From positions 32,001-96,000 of the forward strand of contig JBNKBE010000021.1 of assembly GCA_050287085.1 (NCBI GenBank): DNA of 64,000 nt, read 5' to 3'. Origin of the DNA: Polyangiaceae bacterium. GTDB taxonomy: Bacteria > Myxococcota_A > Polyangia > Polyangiales > Polyangiaceae. Made by a program: the position numbers and the translations under genes. Shown one piece after another: positions 45,798-55,724 of this stretch (positions are counted from its first letter, which is position 1; each line of letters starts with the position of its first letter). The notes under the pieces were generated by a model. The model had not been told where the DNA came from, did no database searches, and saw nothing but the letters and a program-made list of their open reading frames with translations.

Positions 45798-46946
45798 TCA
45801 GGTGGCGGCCGTCTCGGTGCGAGGCACTTCGGCGCGCGGCGGTGGCTGCAGAGTCGCGAATTCAGCCGCAAAGGGGAGCAGCAGGGTTTGGCGCCAGCCT
45901 TCGAGCAGAGAGGGCAGCTCGGCGTCTTCTTGCAGCAGGCGCTCCTTCCAGTCTTTCATGATGCGCGCCGGCATTGCCAGTTCTGGCGCAACGCAAGCCC
46001 GCGCGCAGACCTCTGCCCGAAACCAAGCTAGCCAGCCCTCGATGCGGATTTCTTCAAACGTCGCGTAGGGCGCCGGCTCGATTGCCTCAAAGTCCTCTTG
46101 GCGCGCCGTGGAGACGGCCGTGCGCAGCCCGCGCATCCACTGATCGCCGTAGGCGTCCACAGCGTGCGGGGGCAAGCCCTTGATACGGCTCAGATCTTTG
46201 GGCGTTCTTGGCAGACGACTGGCCAAGGCCGTGAGTGTCTTTAGGGCTGGCGCCCGCTGTCGTTCCCATTCCGGAAGGGCGTTGTACCAGTTCATCAAGA
46301 AGCGCAGCGCTGCTTGATGAGGAGGTTGCAGCTGCCAGGCATGCCTAAAGGAATCGAGCGTCAGCGGTGGTGCCTTTTCTGGCTTGGGCCATAGCGACTC
46401 CATGCAGACTTCGTGAACGCAATCGAGACGCCCCAATTCGGAGAGTCGTTGTCGCAGCTGTTGCGCTAGGCGCGGGAGGTGCGCCACGTCATCAGCGGCA
46501 TACTTGAGCTGAGACGCAGGCAGCGGGCGCCGCTGCCAGTCGTCGGTCTGGTGGCTCTTCATCGTGCGCAGGCCCAGTACGCGATATAAGAGGTAGGCGA
46601 GCGAAACGTTGGCCTCGGCGCCCTGCAATGCCCAGGCGATCTGAGTGTCGAAGAGGCGAGGGGGGCGCGGCAGTCGCATCGCCTCGAGCAGCAGCGTCAC
46701 GTCGTGCATGCCAGCATGCAGGACCCAGGTGACATCCTCACGGCCTATTACGGGCGCCAGTTGTCGTAGATCGGGCAGCGCCAGGGCATCGATCAGATAG
46801 GTCTCGTCGGTGGCGACGAGCTGGAGCAAACACAAGGTGGTGCCGCGCCGGTTCGACTCGAACTCAGTATCGATGAAGAACTCACCCGCGCCGGCTAGCT
46901 CCGTTGCTGCAGCCGTGAGTTCCGCTTCTGTTTCAATCCATTTCAC
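45798..46946 (-). CDS. rnd: Ribonuclease D
   Basis: IDTEF, LFDTQIA, TDDWQRRPL, YAADDV; HRDC-like region and GWR near the C-terminus. Confidence 0.88.
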   Translation of the reverse strand: MKWIETEAELTAAATELAGAGEFFIDTEFESNRRGTTLCLLQLVATDETYLIDALALPDLRQLAPVIGREDVTWVLHAGMHDVTLLLEAMRLPRPPRLFDTQIAWALQGAEANVSLAYLLYRVLGLRTMKSHQTDDWQRRPLPASQLKYAADDVAHLPRLAQQLRQRLSELGRLDCVHEVCMESLWPKPEKAPPLTLDSFRHAWQLQPPHQAALRFLMNWYNALPEWERQRAPALKTLTALASRLPRTPKDLSRIKGLPPHAVDAYGDQWMRGLRTAVSTARQEDFEAIEPAPYATFEEIRIEGWLAWFRAEVCARACVAPELAMPARIMKDWKERLLQEDAELPSLLEGWRQTLLLPFAAEFATLQPPPRAEVPRTETAAT

Positions 46947-47079
46947 CCGAGAGGGTCTACACTAGCGTGCCGGGTCAAGCACCCCCGGCCTCGCCTTTTT
47001 TCCGCCAGGAGGCTGAGCTCCCATCCGCGGGCCCCAAGTTGCGAAGCCGCTTCGGTGTCGACGGCACCCGGGTCGCGGG

Positions 47080-48594
47080 TCAGCGTTTGCCGTACTTCTT
47101 GAGCTTGCGGTAGAGCGTGGTGCGACCGATGCCCAGTTCCCGCATGGCCTGGGTCACGTTCTCACCTGTCCTCTGAAGTGTTGCCTCAATCGCGCAACGC
47201 TCGAGATCACGAATCTTCATGGGCTTCTGCGCTAGCATTTCGAATAATACGTGTTGCCGCTGAGCCGCCGAGTCGGGCGCGCGCGACAACGGCTCACCGA
47301 GCTCTGCGCCAACCAGCGCCGGACCCTGCACGATGGCGGGTAAGTCGCTGATGTTGAGCACGGTACCTTGGGCTGCGGCGATGGCGGTCTGCAGAATCTC
47401 GCGCAGTTCACTCACGTTGCGGCGGTATGGGTGTCGTTCGAGCGCAGAGGCAGCCGCTTTGCTCAGCGTCAATCGCGGCTTACCCTGTTCACGGGCCAAG
47501 GTTTCAAGCAGCGCGGAGGCGATGACGGGGATGTCTATTGGACGCGCTCGCAAAGGTAGGAGCGTGAGATGCGAGTGCGCGATGTGCTGCATCAACTCGG
47601 GCCGAAATAGCCCGCGGGAAACGGCTTCACTGAGTTCCGTCTGCGTAGAAGCGATCAGTCGAAAGTCACTTCCTTGCTGGGACGTCAACGCGGCTAGCAG
47701 TTGTTCTTGGAGCGTAGGACTGAGCGAATCGATATTGGCGAGATAGAGGGTACCGCGATCGGCATCATCGATTGCGCCACTAGGTCGGAGCGAGGGGCTG
47801 GCGTGGGCGTTGACAAAGGCGTCTGCGCTGAAAGCCGTGTCACTCAGACGCTCGCAGTTGAGCGCAATGAAGGGACCGCGAGCGCGCGCGCTGTGGTCGT
47901 GAATGGCTCGCGCGGCGAGCGACTTTCCCGTTCCTGCTTCTCCTTCGAGCAGGACGTGTACGTCGGCCGCCGCAAAGGCCTGGACCTTTCGGAAGACACG
48001 CCGGGCCATCGGGGAGGTCCCCGCGATGCCCGCGAATCCGCGTCCGGACGCTTCTACTTCCAGGTGATTGATACGCTTCAGCATGCGGTGATGGGCCACG
48101 GCATGAGCGATGGCCACCATCAATGCCTCGGCGCCCGCCTCTTCGGGGACAGCCGCGTAGAAGCCCAGGCGGATGGGGCCGAGTCCAGGATTGGGATTGG
48201 CGGCTACCAGCACGAGTGGAACCGTTGTGTGCCGGCCTCGGATGATGCGCACCACCTGATCGAGTTGGCCCACGGCGCGTTCGTGAATACAGATGACGTC
48301 CGGTTGCTGATACTTGAGGTGCAGACACAGGCCCGCCAGCGTGTGACAGTCGCCCAGCGCGTGACCGGCGAGCTGCAAGGCGCGGATGGCCGCGGTAGCT
48401 TGTCCGCCCGCCACAAGTAACACGCGCCCCGGTGCGTTGCTGGAAGGAGGCAGGGTGTGGGCTTCGTCCCCCCCGGGACCGTGAAACCCGTGACTTCCGT
48501 AGGCCTGGCCCGATGTGTTGTCTGAGGTCGCGCTCATTTCGGTGGCGCCGCGGAGGTCGTTCATCAGATTGCGCATTCCGTTCATAGTATTCAC
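47080..48594 (-). CDS. Degenerate NtrC-like regulator (pseudo-receiver, defective AAA+, Fis HTH); start uncertain
   Basis: GEAGTGKS, FIALNC and LGIGRTTLYRKLKKY present; GAFTGA absent; Walker B reads LYLANID. Confidence 0.8.
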   Translation of the reverse strand: MNTMNGMRNLMNDLRGATEMSATSDNTSGQAYGSHGFHGPGGDEAHTLPPSSNAPGRVLLVAGGQATAAIRALQLAGHALGDCHTLAGLCLHLKYQQPDVICIHERAVGQLDQVVRIIRGRHTTVPLVLVAANPNPGLGPIRLGFYAAVPEEAGAEALMVAIAHAVAHHRMLKRINHLEVEASGRGFAGIAGTSPMARRVFRKVQAFAAADVHVLLEGEAGTGKSLAARAIHDHSARARGPFIALNCERLSDTAFSADAFVNAHASPSLRPSGAIDDADRGTLYLANIDSLSPTLQEQLLAALTSQQGSDFRLIASTQTELSEAVSRGLFRPELMQHIAHSHLTLLPLRARPIDIPVIASALLETLAREQGKPRLTLSKAAASALERHPYRRNVSELREILQTAIAAAQGTVLNISDLPAIVQGPALVGAELGEPLSRAPDSAAQRQHVLFEMLAQKPMKIRDLERCAIEATLQRTGENVTQAMRELGIGRTTLYRKLKKYGKR

Positions 48595-48873
48595 TCGGGT
48601 TGGGGGGCTGGTGTCGGCTCGCAGCGGGGGCTCGGCTGCGATTCAGCCGCCGACAGGGGGAGGTAAAAGCGAACCAGCTGGCCGGGTGTGTGCTCCCGGC
48701 TTCGTTGCCGCAGTTCGCCGGCCCGAAGCCGTGGCCGCAGAGCCTGCGCTTCAGCATCCCCGTGGATTTCAGGCCTAGCGTAGCACGGCACTGGGCTGCA
48801 CTTGGGCGCCGGACCCGACGGCGCCGGATTCAGTCGGAGCGCAGAGTGGCAGGGCTCTAGCCGGTATTGGTAG

Positions 48874-48981
48874 CCCAGCACCGCGCTGCGACCCGGCACC
48901 GCGCTGCGACCCGGCACCGCGCTGCGACCTAGAGCTGCGCTGCGACCCAAAACTGCGCTGTATCCCTGTGCTGCCCTGCCA
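48874..48981. repeat. 18-bp tandem repeat, about 6 units, degenerating to the right
   Basis: CCCAGCACCGCGCTGCGA, CCCGGCACCGCGCTGCGA x2, CCTAGAGCTGCGCTGCGA, CCCAAAACTGCGCTGTAT, CCCTGTGCTGCCCTGCCA. Confidence 0.85.
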
Positions 48982-49346
48982 CGCCAAGCAGCGTTGCTGG
49001 GTCCAGGCGGTGCCTTTTGGCGGGTTAGGCTTGGGCAGAAAGGTTGTTTCATGGGCGGCTGCGGCGGTCAGACCAGGGGACCGAAGCGATCCGGCCGACT
49101 GCCATTCGTTTCCATCCAGGATCGGTCTTTACCCGTACCGCTTTAGGAAGATCGCACCAAAAAAGCGCAGCGTTGTGTCACGGCCGGGCGGAGCAGCTGG
49201 GTAAGTCTAGCCCATTTGAGCCGCGTCGACCCGCAAAAGTGCTCCGCCAGCAGGACGACTGGTACAAATCCGACCAGAGCTGGCTCGTGCACCAGGGCGC
49301 GCCGTCGCGCTTGACATAAACCCCGTGGTGAGGGAGCCAAGCGACC

Positions 49347-50027
49347 GTGTCCGCGAGCTATTTCGACGTTGATGGCACGCTCGTTGCGAGCAACCTCATC
49401 GCTCCGACGTTCTTTTACATGGTCAACCAGGCCACGCCGCTGAAGGCGTTGGTACGCGTCGGACGTGGTGTGGTCAAAGCCCCCGCCATGGCCGTGGCGG
49501 AGCTGCTAGACCGCCGCACCTTCAACGAGCTGCTGTACAGCACCTATCAGGGCATGAGCGAGGACCGCTTGCTCCTGCTGGCCGACGAAGTGGTGGCCCG
49601 TTGTGTCGTCCCGCGCTTGTTTGCCGGGGCCCGCGACTTGCTCGATCGGAGCCGAGCCGCCGGGCACGAGATCGTGCTCGTCAGCGGGGTGCCCGACTTC
49701 ATCCTGGAGCGCGTGGCTGAAGCCTTAGGCGGCGCTACGGTGATCGCCAATCGCCTCGAGATGAAGAACGGCATAGCGACTGGCAAGTTGTTGAGTCCAG
49801 TTGTGGCCGGACCAGAAAAAGCTCGCCTCATCCGCGAGCATGCTCAGGGCCGCGGATTCGACCTCAGCGGTTGTTACGCCTTCAGTGATAGTTATTCGGA
49901 TGTTCCGATGCTCAGCGTCGTCGGGCATCCCGCCGCGGTCAATCCGGACTGGCGCTTGAAGCTGCTCGCTCGAGCGTACGCTTGGCCAACCATTCACCTT
50001 GCTCCGCCTGTGGACGCTGCCGGCTAG
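49347..50027 (+). CDS. HAD-IB family phosphatase of an elb-like lipid locus
   Basis: FDVDGTL, LVSG, EK, SDSYSDVPML, VNPD motifs. Confidence 0.88.
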   Translation: MSASYFDVDGTLVASNLIAPTFFYMVNQATPLKALVRVGRGVVKAPAMAVAELLDRRTFNELLYSTYQGMSEDRLLLLADEVVARCVVPRLFAGARDLLDRSRAAGHEIVLVSGVPDFILERVAEALGGATVIANRLEMKNGIATGKLLSPVVAGPEKARLIREHAQGRGFDLSGCYAFSDSYSDVPMLSVVGHPAAVNPDWRLKLLARAYAWPTIHLAPPVDAAG

Positions 50028-50065
50028 CGCAGTGTTCCCAAGTCCGAGTCTTTCCGAGTTTGCCG

Positions 50066-51661
50066 ATGAGCCATCCTTGTCTTGTTACCCTCGACCGGCA
50101 TAGCGCTCCGCGCGTGTTGTGCGCGGGGGATCGTCTGGTGGAAGTGGCGCTGCCCGCGGGTACCCGTGTGGTCTATGGAAGTCGCTTGACCGCCGCCCAC
50201 GAAGCCCCAGCCAGCGCCGTCGATCGTGCACTGGCGCAAAGTCATAGCGAGCGTTCCCTGGAGGAGCGTTTGCGTCCCGGCATGCGCGTAACCGTGGTGG
50301 TCGACGCGGGGCAGCACTTCGGGCGGATCGACGCGGCTCGGGATCCGAGACCCGTCATGATTGCAGCTTTGCTGCGTCGCCTCGAGGCGCGCGGCGTGCA
50401 AGACGTCACGGTTCTACTCGCCGTGGGGCTCGAGCGTCGTCTGCGACCCGCTGAGGTTCAGCAGGTCGTCGGAGCCCGAAGCGTGCGTCGTTTGGGGGAG
50501 CGGTTGGTGCAGCATGACGCCGCGGACGCCCGCAGCCTGGCCGTGATCGCGGAAGACGAATTCGGGCATCCGATAGCCGTCAACCGTCGCATCGTCGAAA
50601 GCGATCTGGTGGTGTTGTGCAGCGTCGCGGCGACTTTGGACGACGGTGGCTACAAGCCGCTGATTCTGGGACTTGGCGACTACGAGGCGTGGCGCCGCCA
50701 TTTTGCTCCTGGCGTGCTGGCGATGTGTCCGGGGTATCAAGCTGCCAGCGACTCGCCGCTCAATGCCGCACTGCGACGTCAAGGCGAGTGTTGTGAGGCG
50801 CGCGTTCCGGTCTTTGCCCTGCAGGCGGTGCTGGGGCAGCAACCCTACGCTCGCGGCTACGAATTCCTGGGGAGCAATGAGGACGAGTTGAGTAGCAAAG
50901 AAGCGCTGCTGCTCAAGGGCTTGGTCGGAACGACCGCGCGGGCGCCCGATGTGATTCGCAATGCCCTCTGGAAACGCATCGCGCCCGGGGCGGGGGCGGT
51001 GGCTTTTTTCGCAGGGGACGTTGGGTCGGTCAAGGCGCAGTCAGACGCGTTGCTGGGGCGATTGCTCACCGTGCCTTCCGGACCACCCGCGGACGTTGTC
51101 GTCACGTCGGTTTCGCCGCTGCTGACGCAAGCCGGAACCCATGTGCAGAATCCGGTGCTCGTGCACCATGCCGCGCTGAGTGGGCTGGCGAACTTGCATT
51201 CCGGGCCGCCGCTGGTCCGTCCCGGTGGCACGTTGATCGTAACCCATCCGTGCACGGATCGCTTTGACCCGACCCTACACGCTTCCTACGCGCGCTTCTT
51301 CAACGAACTCCTGCCGGGGCATCCGAGCGTTGAACAGTTGCGTACGGCCGAGGGCCAATACGCGCGTGATCCGGCGTTGGTGGAGATGTTCCGCAAGGCG
51401 CATGGGTATCATCCAGCGCACCCATTTTTCCTTTGGTATCAAGGTTTGGCGGCTAGCCAGGGGTTGGGCAAAGTCATTTGCGTCGGCGCAGACAACGAGT
51501 ACGTGCCTGCGCGCCTTGGTTGGGAGACCGCTGCCAGCATCGACGAAGCGTTGTACCGCGCTCGTGGAGGCAGCGCCCGCGCCCAGGACATTCTTTGCTT
51601 GCGAGCACCTCCGCTCGTCATTGCTCAGACCGAGCCCACAACCACGGGGAGAGCGGCATGA
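50066..51661 (+). CDS. LarA/DUF2088-like domain protein (ElbB-like, divergent)
   Basis: LPAGTRV, HDA, NRRIVESDLVV, GGYK, GGTLI, AHGYHPAHPFFLWY; ATGA overlap with the elbD-like gene. Confidence 0.65.
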   Translation: MSHPCLVTLDRHSAPRVLCAGDRLVEVALPAGTRVVYGSRLTAAHEAPASAVDRALAQSHSERSLEERLRPGMRVTVVVDAGQHFGRIDAARDPRPVMIAALLRRLEARGVQDVTVLLAVGLERRLRPAEVQQVVGARSVRRLGERLVQHDAADARSLAVIAEDEFGHPIAVNRRIVESDLVVLCSVAATLDDGGYKPLILGLGDYEAWRRHFAPGVLAMCPGYQAASDSPLNAALRRQGECCEARVPVFALQAVLGQQPYARGYEFLGSNEDELSSKEALLLKGLVGTTARAPDVIRNALWKRIAPGAGAVAFFAGDVGSVKAQSDALLGRLLTVPSGPPADVVVTSVSPLLTQAGTHVQNPVLVHHAALSGLANLHSGPPLVRPGGTLIVTHPCTDRFDPTLHASYARFFNELLPGHPSVEQLRTAEGQYARDPALVEMFRKAHGYHPAHPFFLWYQGLAASQGLGKVICVGADNEYVPARLGWETAASIDEALYRARGGSARAQDILCLRAPPLVIAQTEPTTTGRAA

Positions 51662-54600
51662 ATCAGGAGACTTCTACGCCGTTGGGTGAACGGATGAGCT
51701 TGGCCGATACCTATCGCAACAAGAGTCTGCTCATTCTCGGCGGCACTGGCTTTCTCGGCAAGGTGTGGTGGACGTTGCTGCTGCATCGCTTTCCGGACAT
51801 CGAGCAATTGTACTTGGTGGTGCGCTCGCGGACGACGCTGAGCTCCGAAGATCGCTTCTGGTCGGAGGTCGCGCAAAATCCTGGGCTCGATCCGTTGCGC
51901 CGTCGCCACGGCGACCGATTCGAAGACTTTTTGCGCCGCAAGGTCACTGTCTTGGACGGGGACATCATTCAGCCTTTCTGTGGAATCGAGGAGGGGGTGC
52001 GGCAATCGCTCCGCGGAAAGGTCCACGCGGTGGCCAACGCCTCGGGGATCGTCGATTTTCAGCCGCCACTCGACGTGGCGCTGGAGGTCAACGCGTTTGG
52101 GTGTCGCAATCTCGTTGCGCTTGCTCGCGACCTAGGTGACGTGCCCATCATGCACACCAGTACCTGCTTCGTTGCAGGCTACCGGACCGGGGTTATCGAG
52201 GAGCAGAATCCGCTTGAGCTGCCCTTTCCCTTCGTGGGTAAGCTGGAACGAGCTCACTGGGATCCAGAGCGAGAAGTTGCAGAGTGCCTCGACATCATCG
52301 AGCAGGCCAAGCATCGGGCGGGTGACGCCTTTCGGCAGAGCGCATTCGTCGACCAAGCCAAGCGTGCTCTGGCCGAGCAAGGTGAGCCCACGCGGGGCGC
52401 GGCGCTCGACGCTGAGGTGGCCGCGGTGCGACGGCGCTTCGTCGAAGGACAACTGTCCGCGTTTGGGCTCGAACGGGCACAGTATTGGGGGTGGCCCAAC
52501 ACCTATACCTATACCAAGAGCATCGGTGAACAGCTTGTGGCCGGCGCGGGATTGCCTTTCTGCATCGTCCGTCCGGCGATCGTCGAATCTTGTGTTGCCT
52601 TTCCTCATTGCGGTTGGAACGAGGGCATCAACACGAGTGCCCCGCTCATCTACGCGATTCGCGAAGGGCAGCCTCAGTTTCCTGGGGGGCCTGTACGGCT
52701 GGACGTCATCCCTTGCGACATGGTGGCCACGGGGATGGTGTTGTCCTTGGCGGAGCTACTTCGGGGCGAAGCCAAGCCCGTTTATCAATACGGAACCGGC
52801 GACAGCAACCCGATCAGCATGGCGCGGATCTACGAGCTGTCCGGCTTGTACAAGCGCAAGCACTTCCTGACCACCGGACGCGGCTCGCGTTTGGAGAATC
52901 GCCTGCAACGCCACCTCGAAGGGGCGTTTATTTCGGCTGATCACTTTGAGCGCTACGGGCCCAAGATGCTTGCGTCTGGTGCAAAGTGGCTAGCTGGCAC
53001 GCTCGACAAGACCCCCCATGGTCCGCTTTCGAGCCTAGCCAGTCCGAGTGCGCGGAGCCTGCGCCGATTCGCGCGCCAGCAAGAGAAGGTCGCTCACATC
53101 ATCGGGCAGTTCATTCCCTTCACGGCACAGCTCGACTATGAGTTTCGTTGCGACAACACCCGCGCCGCCGTCGCTCGTTTGAGCCCGGAGGAGGCAGCTT
53201 CCTTCTACTGGGCGCCGCAGGACTTGGACTGGCGGCAGTGGTTTCTTGAAGTGCACGCCCCGGGTCTTGAACGCTGGGTATTTCCCAATATCGATCGCAA
53301 GCTCAAGAAGCCGCTTCGTCCGATCCGTCCCCATGCAACGCTGGCGGATCTGCTGGACGAAGTGGCGGCTCGATTCGACCTGCAAGTGGCCCTTCAGAAG
53401 CGTGAGCCGGAGGGCTTTTCGCGTGTCACTTATCGCGACGTGCGTTCGGGCGCACTGGCGTTCGCAGAGCGTTTTCGCGTCGCGGGGCTCCGGGCTGGCA
53501 AGCTCATGGTCCTCGCTGGCGCCCCTTCTCCAGCCTGGGTGATGGCCCTTTTTGGAGCCTGGTACTGCGGCGCCGAGGTGGTGCTCTTTCCGGCTGAGCA
53601 GGGATTGGATTTGTCCGGCGTTTGTGCTGAGCGGGGCGCGTGCGTGCTGGCGACTGATCCGGGGACGGCAAGTGCGGTGGGTGAGGCCGTCTACACGTGT
53701 ATCCTGGAGGAACCGGGTGAGGTGGACGGGGCAGCGTTGACACCCGAGTCAGAGCTCGCGCCAAATGCGATTGCGTGTCACGTCTGGAGCGACGGCGCGT
53801 GGGTTTCCGCGACGCACGGTGCGCTTACGAACCTACTGGCGTCGCTCGCTCCGCTCTTCGAGTTGAACCGGGATGATCGCATGCTTGCGGCGCTGCCGCT
53901 CACGGCGCCCTTTGAATTGGTGACAGCCTGTCTGTTGCCCCTATCGCGGGGCGCTCGGGTTGTCTTTTCGGCGGGGCGGTCCGTGGCGGAAGTGGCTGCG
54001 TCACTCCGTGACGCAAGGATCACGGCCTTGGTCGGAGATCGGCAGCTTTGGCGTGAGATCGAGCAGGAGGTCTTGCTGCCGGCTCTTCCACACGCTGGAC
54101 TTCGGGGACGTTGGCTGGAGCAAACTCTCGCGTTCAATCGCGGCGTGTTCGGTTCGACGGGCCTCGACGCGGGGCGACTGCTCTTTGCGGACGTGCATCG
54201 CGCGTTGGGCGGGCATCTCCGGCTGCTCATCAGCGGGGACGGAGAACTGGATACGGCGATCGCGGCTCGCTTCGCGGGTTCAGGGTTACCGTTGGTCAAC
54301 GGCTACGGACGGCCCGGCGTGGGTGCACTGCTGTCTACGACGCGGGCTGGGGGCAGTGCTGTACCGATCCCGGCTGTGGAGCTTTGCGTGCGTGACGCGG
54401 GGGCTGACGGCGTGGGCGCGGTGTATTCGCGAGGAGCTGCTCTACACGGACAGCCAGGACCGGATGGTTGGGCTGACACGGGGGACATGGGGCGCATCGG
54501 CGCGCGGGGCGACGTGCAACTGCTGGGCCCGCGCTCGGAGGTGATTGCCAACGCTCTGACGGGCAATGTTTACCCCGTCGAGCTGGAGCGTCGCTTGCTT

Positions 54601-55722
54601 CGCCCGAGGGCCGTTGCCGCGTGGCGTGTTGTGGCTTTTGAAGGGGCGGCCTTTGGAGTCAGTCCCGCCCTGGTGGTGGTACTGGCACCAGGCTTTTCGA
54701 AAGAGCCCCGCGTTGCGTCGCGGCTCGAACGCACCTTGCAGCGAGTATCGCCCGCAGAACGACCGGTCCGGGTGGTTTGGCTAGAAGAACGTCCGCCGGA
54801 GGGGATCTTTGGCTCACGTTCCGCGCTAGCCAACTGGCTTGTCGAGACCCAGCCGGCTCCTGCAACGGAGGTCTTGGTGCGCGCTCTGGCTCCGTGCCTG
54901 GGCGGACCTACGAGCGCGCCGAACCGCGCGACGGCCTTGTCGGATCTGGGTCTGGGGGCGTCGGAGCTGGAGGCTGTGGCGGCCGCTCTGCCGCCTCGGA
55001 TTGCCAAGGCGCGTTTCTTGGAGGAGGCCATGGGCGCCGAGTTCTTGGGCGACCTGGAGCGTGCGTTCTATCGAGCGTGCGACTTTCCCGGCGTCCGGTC
55101 CCCTGCGGATTCGTCGGCGCGCGGACCTTGGTTTCGCGGCGTGACCCAATTCCTGCTGGGTGCCTGTGAGGCCCCGGCGCTGGCGCGTCTGTTGCCAACG
55201 CGAGTGGTGGGTTCGTCCTACCTACCCCGTTCGGGCGCGGTCTTGGTGGTCGCCACTTCCGCGGGGGAGTGGTCGCCGCACTTGGTTCGTTATGTTCTGT
55301 CGGAGTATCGCGCCCAGGCTCGGGTGCTGCTTTGGGAAGGGGATCTGCCCGCGCCGGGCCTGCTGCGCCGGATGCTTCTAGCGGCGCCTTGGCTCGAAGT
55401 CGTAGCGAGCGGCGAGGGAGCGAGCGGGTTTGGGGCGCGCGTGGCGGCGTTGCTCGAGCGAGGCCAGTGCGTCGCGGTATTGGCTCGGCCGGGCGGGCCA
55501 CGACCGGTGGAGCCGGAGGTGCTAAGCGCGGCTCTGAGCGCCGCAGCCCCGATTGTTCCGCTCCGGATCCGCACTGCGTCGGCTCCCGTAGAGACCGGGC
55601 ATCACCGGGAACTCGTGCGCCGTGGCGCGTTTGAGGCGACGGTGCTTCCGCCGGTCAGCCTTCGCGGAGCCCCGGAGGATCCGGGGGTAGCCGTGGCCAA
55701 CGCACTGCGCGACGGGGTCTGA
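51658..55722 (+). CDS. elbD: ElbD-like multidomain protein: fatty acyl reductase plus degenerate AMP-binding, carrier and acyltransferase domains
   Basis: FAR motifs GGTGFLGKV, HTSTCFVAG, WPNTYTYTK, RPAIV; adenylation remnants NGYG, WADTGDMG, NVYPVELE; LSDLGL carrier-like segment; LPRSGAVLVVA/PIVP acyltransferase-like tail. Confidence 0.7.
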   Translation: MNQETSTPLGERMSLADTYRNKSLLILGGTGFLGKVWWTLLLHRFPDIEQLYLVVRSRTTLSSEDRFWSEVAQNPGLDPLRRRHGDRFEDFLRRKVTVLDGDIIQPFCGIEEGVRQSLRGKVHAVANASGIVDFQPPLDVALEVNAFGCRNLVALARDLGDVPIMHTSTCFVAGYRTGVIEEQNPLELPFPFVGKLERAHWDPEREVAECLDIIEQAKHRAGDAFRQSAFVDQAKRALAEQGEPTRGAALDAEVAAVRRRFVEGQLSAFGLERAQYWGWPNTYTYTKSIGEQLVAGAGLPFCIVRPAIVESCVAFPHCGWNEGINTSAPLIYAIREGQPQFPGGPVRLDVIPCDMVATGMVLSLAELLRGEAKPVYQYGTGDSNPISMARIYELSGLYKRKHFLTTGRGSRLENRLQRHLEGAFISADHFERYGPKMLASGAKWLAGTLDKTPHGPLSSLASPSARSLRRFARQQEKVAHIIGQFIPFTAQLDYEFRCDNTRAAVARLSPEEAASFYWAPQDLDWRQWFLEVHAPGLERWVFPNIDRKLKKPLRPIRPHATLADLLDEVAARFDLQVALQKREPEGFSRVTYRDVRSGALAFAERFRVAGLRAGKLMVLAGAPSPAWVMALFGAWYCGAEVVLFPAEQGLDLSGVCAERGACVLATDPGTASAVGEAVYTCILEEPGEVDGAALTPESELAPNAIACHVWSDGAWVSATHGALTNLLASLAPLFELNRDDRMLAALPLTAPFELVTACLLPLSRGARVVFSAGRSVAEVAASLRDARITALVGDRQLWREIEQEVLLPALPHAGLRGRWLEQTLAFNRGVFGSTGLDAGRLLFADVHRALGGHLRLLISGDGELDTAIAARFAGSGLPLVNGYGRPGVGALLSTTRAGGSAVPIPAVELCVRDAGADGVGAVYSRGAALHGQPGPDGWADTGDMGRIGARGDVQLLGPRSEVIANALTGNVYPVELERRLLRPRAVAAWRVVAFEGAAFGVSPALVVVLAPGFSKEPRVASRLERTLQRVSPAERPVRVVWLEERPPEGIFGSRSALANWLVETQPAPATEVLVRALAPCLGGPTSAPNRATALSDLGLGASELEAVAAALPPRIAKARFLEEAMGAEFLGDLERAFYRACDFPGVRSPADSSARGPWFRGVTQFLLGACEAPALARLLPTRVVGSSYLPRSGAVLVVATSAGEWSPHLVRYVLSEYRAQARVLLWEGDLPAPGLLRRMLLAAPWLEVVASGEGASGFGARVAALLERGQCVAVLARPGGPRPVEPEVLSAALSAAAPIVPLRIRTASAPVETGHHRELVRRGAFEATVLPPVSLRGAPEDPGVAVANALRDGV

Positions 55723-55724
55723 GC

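Noticed and set aside
48874..48981. CRISPR array
   Set aside because: The units are contiguous 18-mers with no unique spacers, and there are no cas genes
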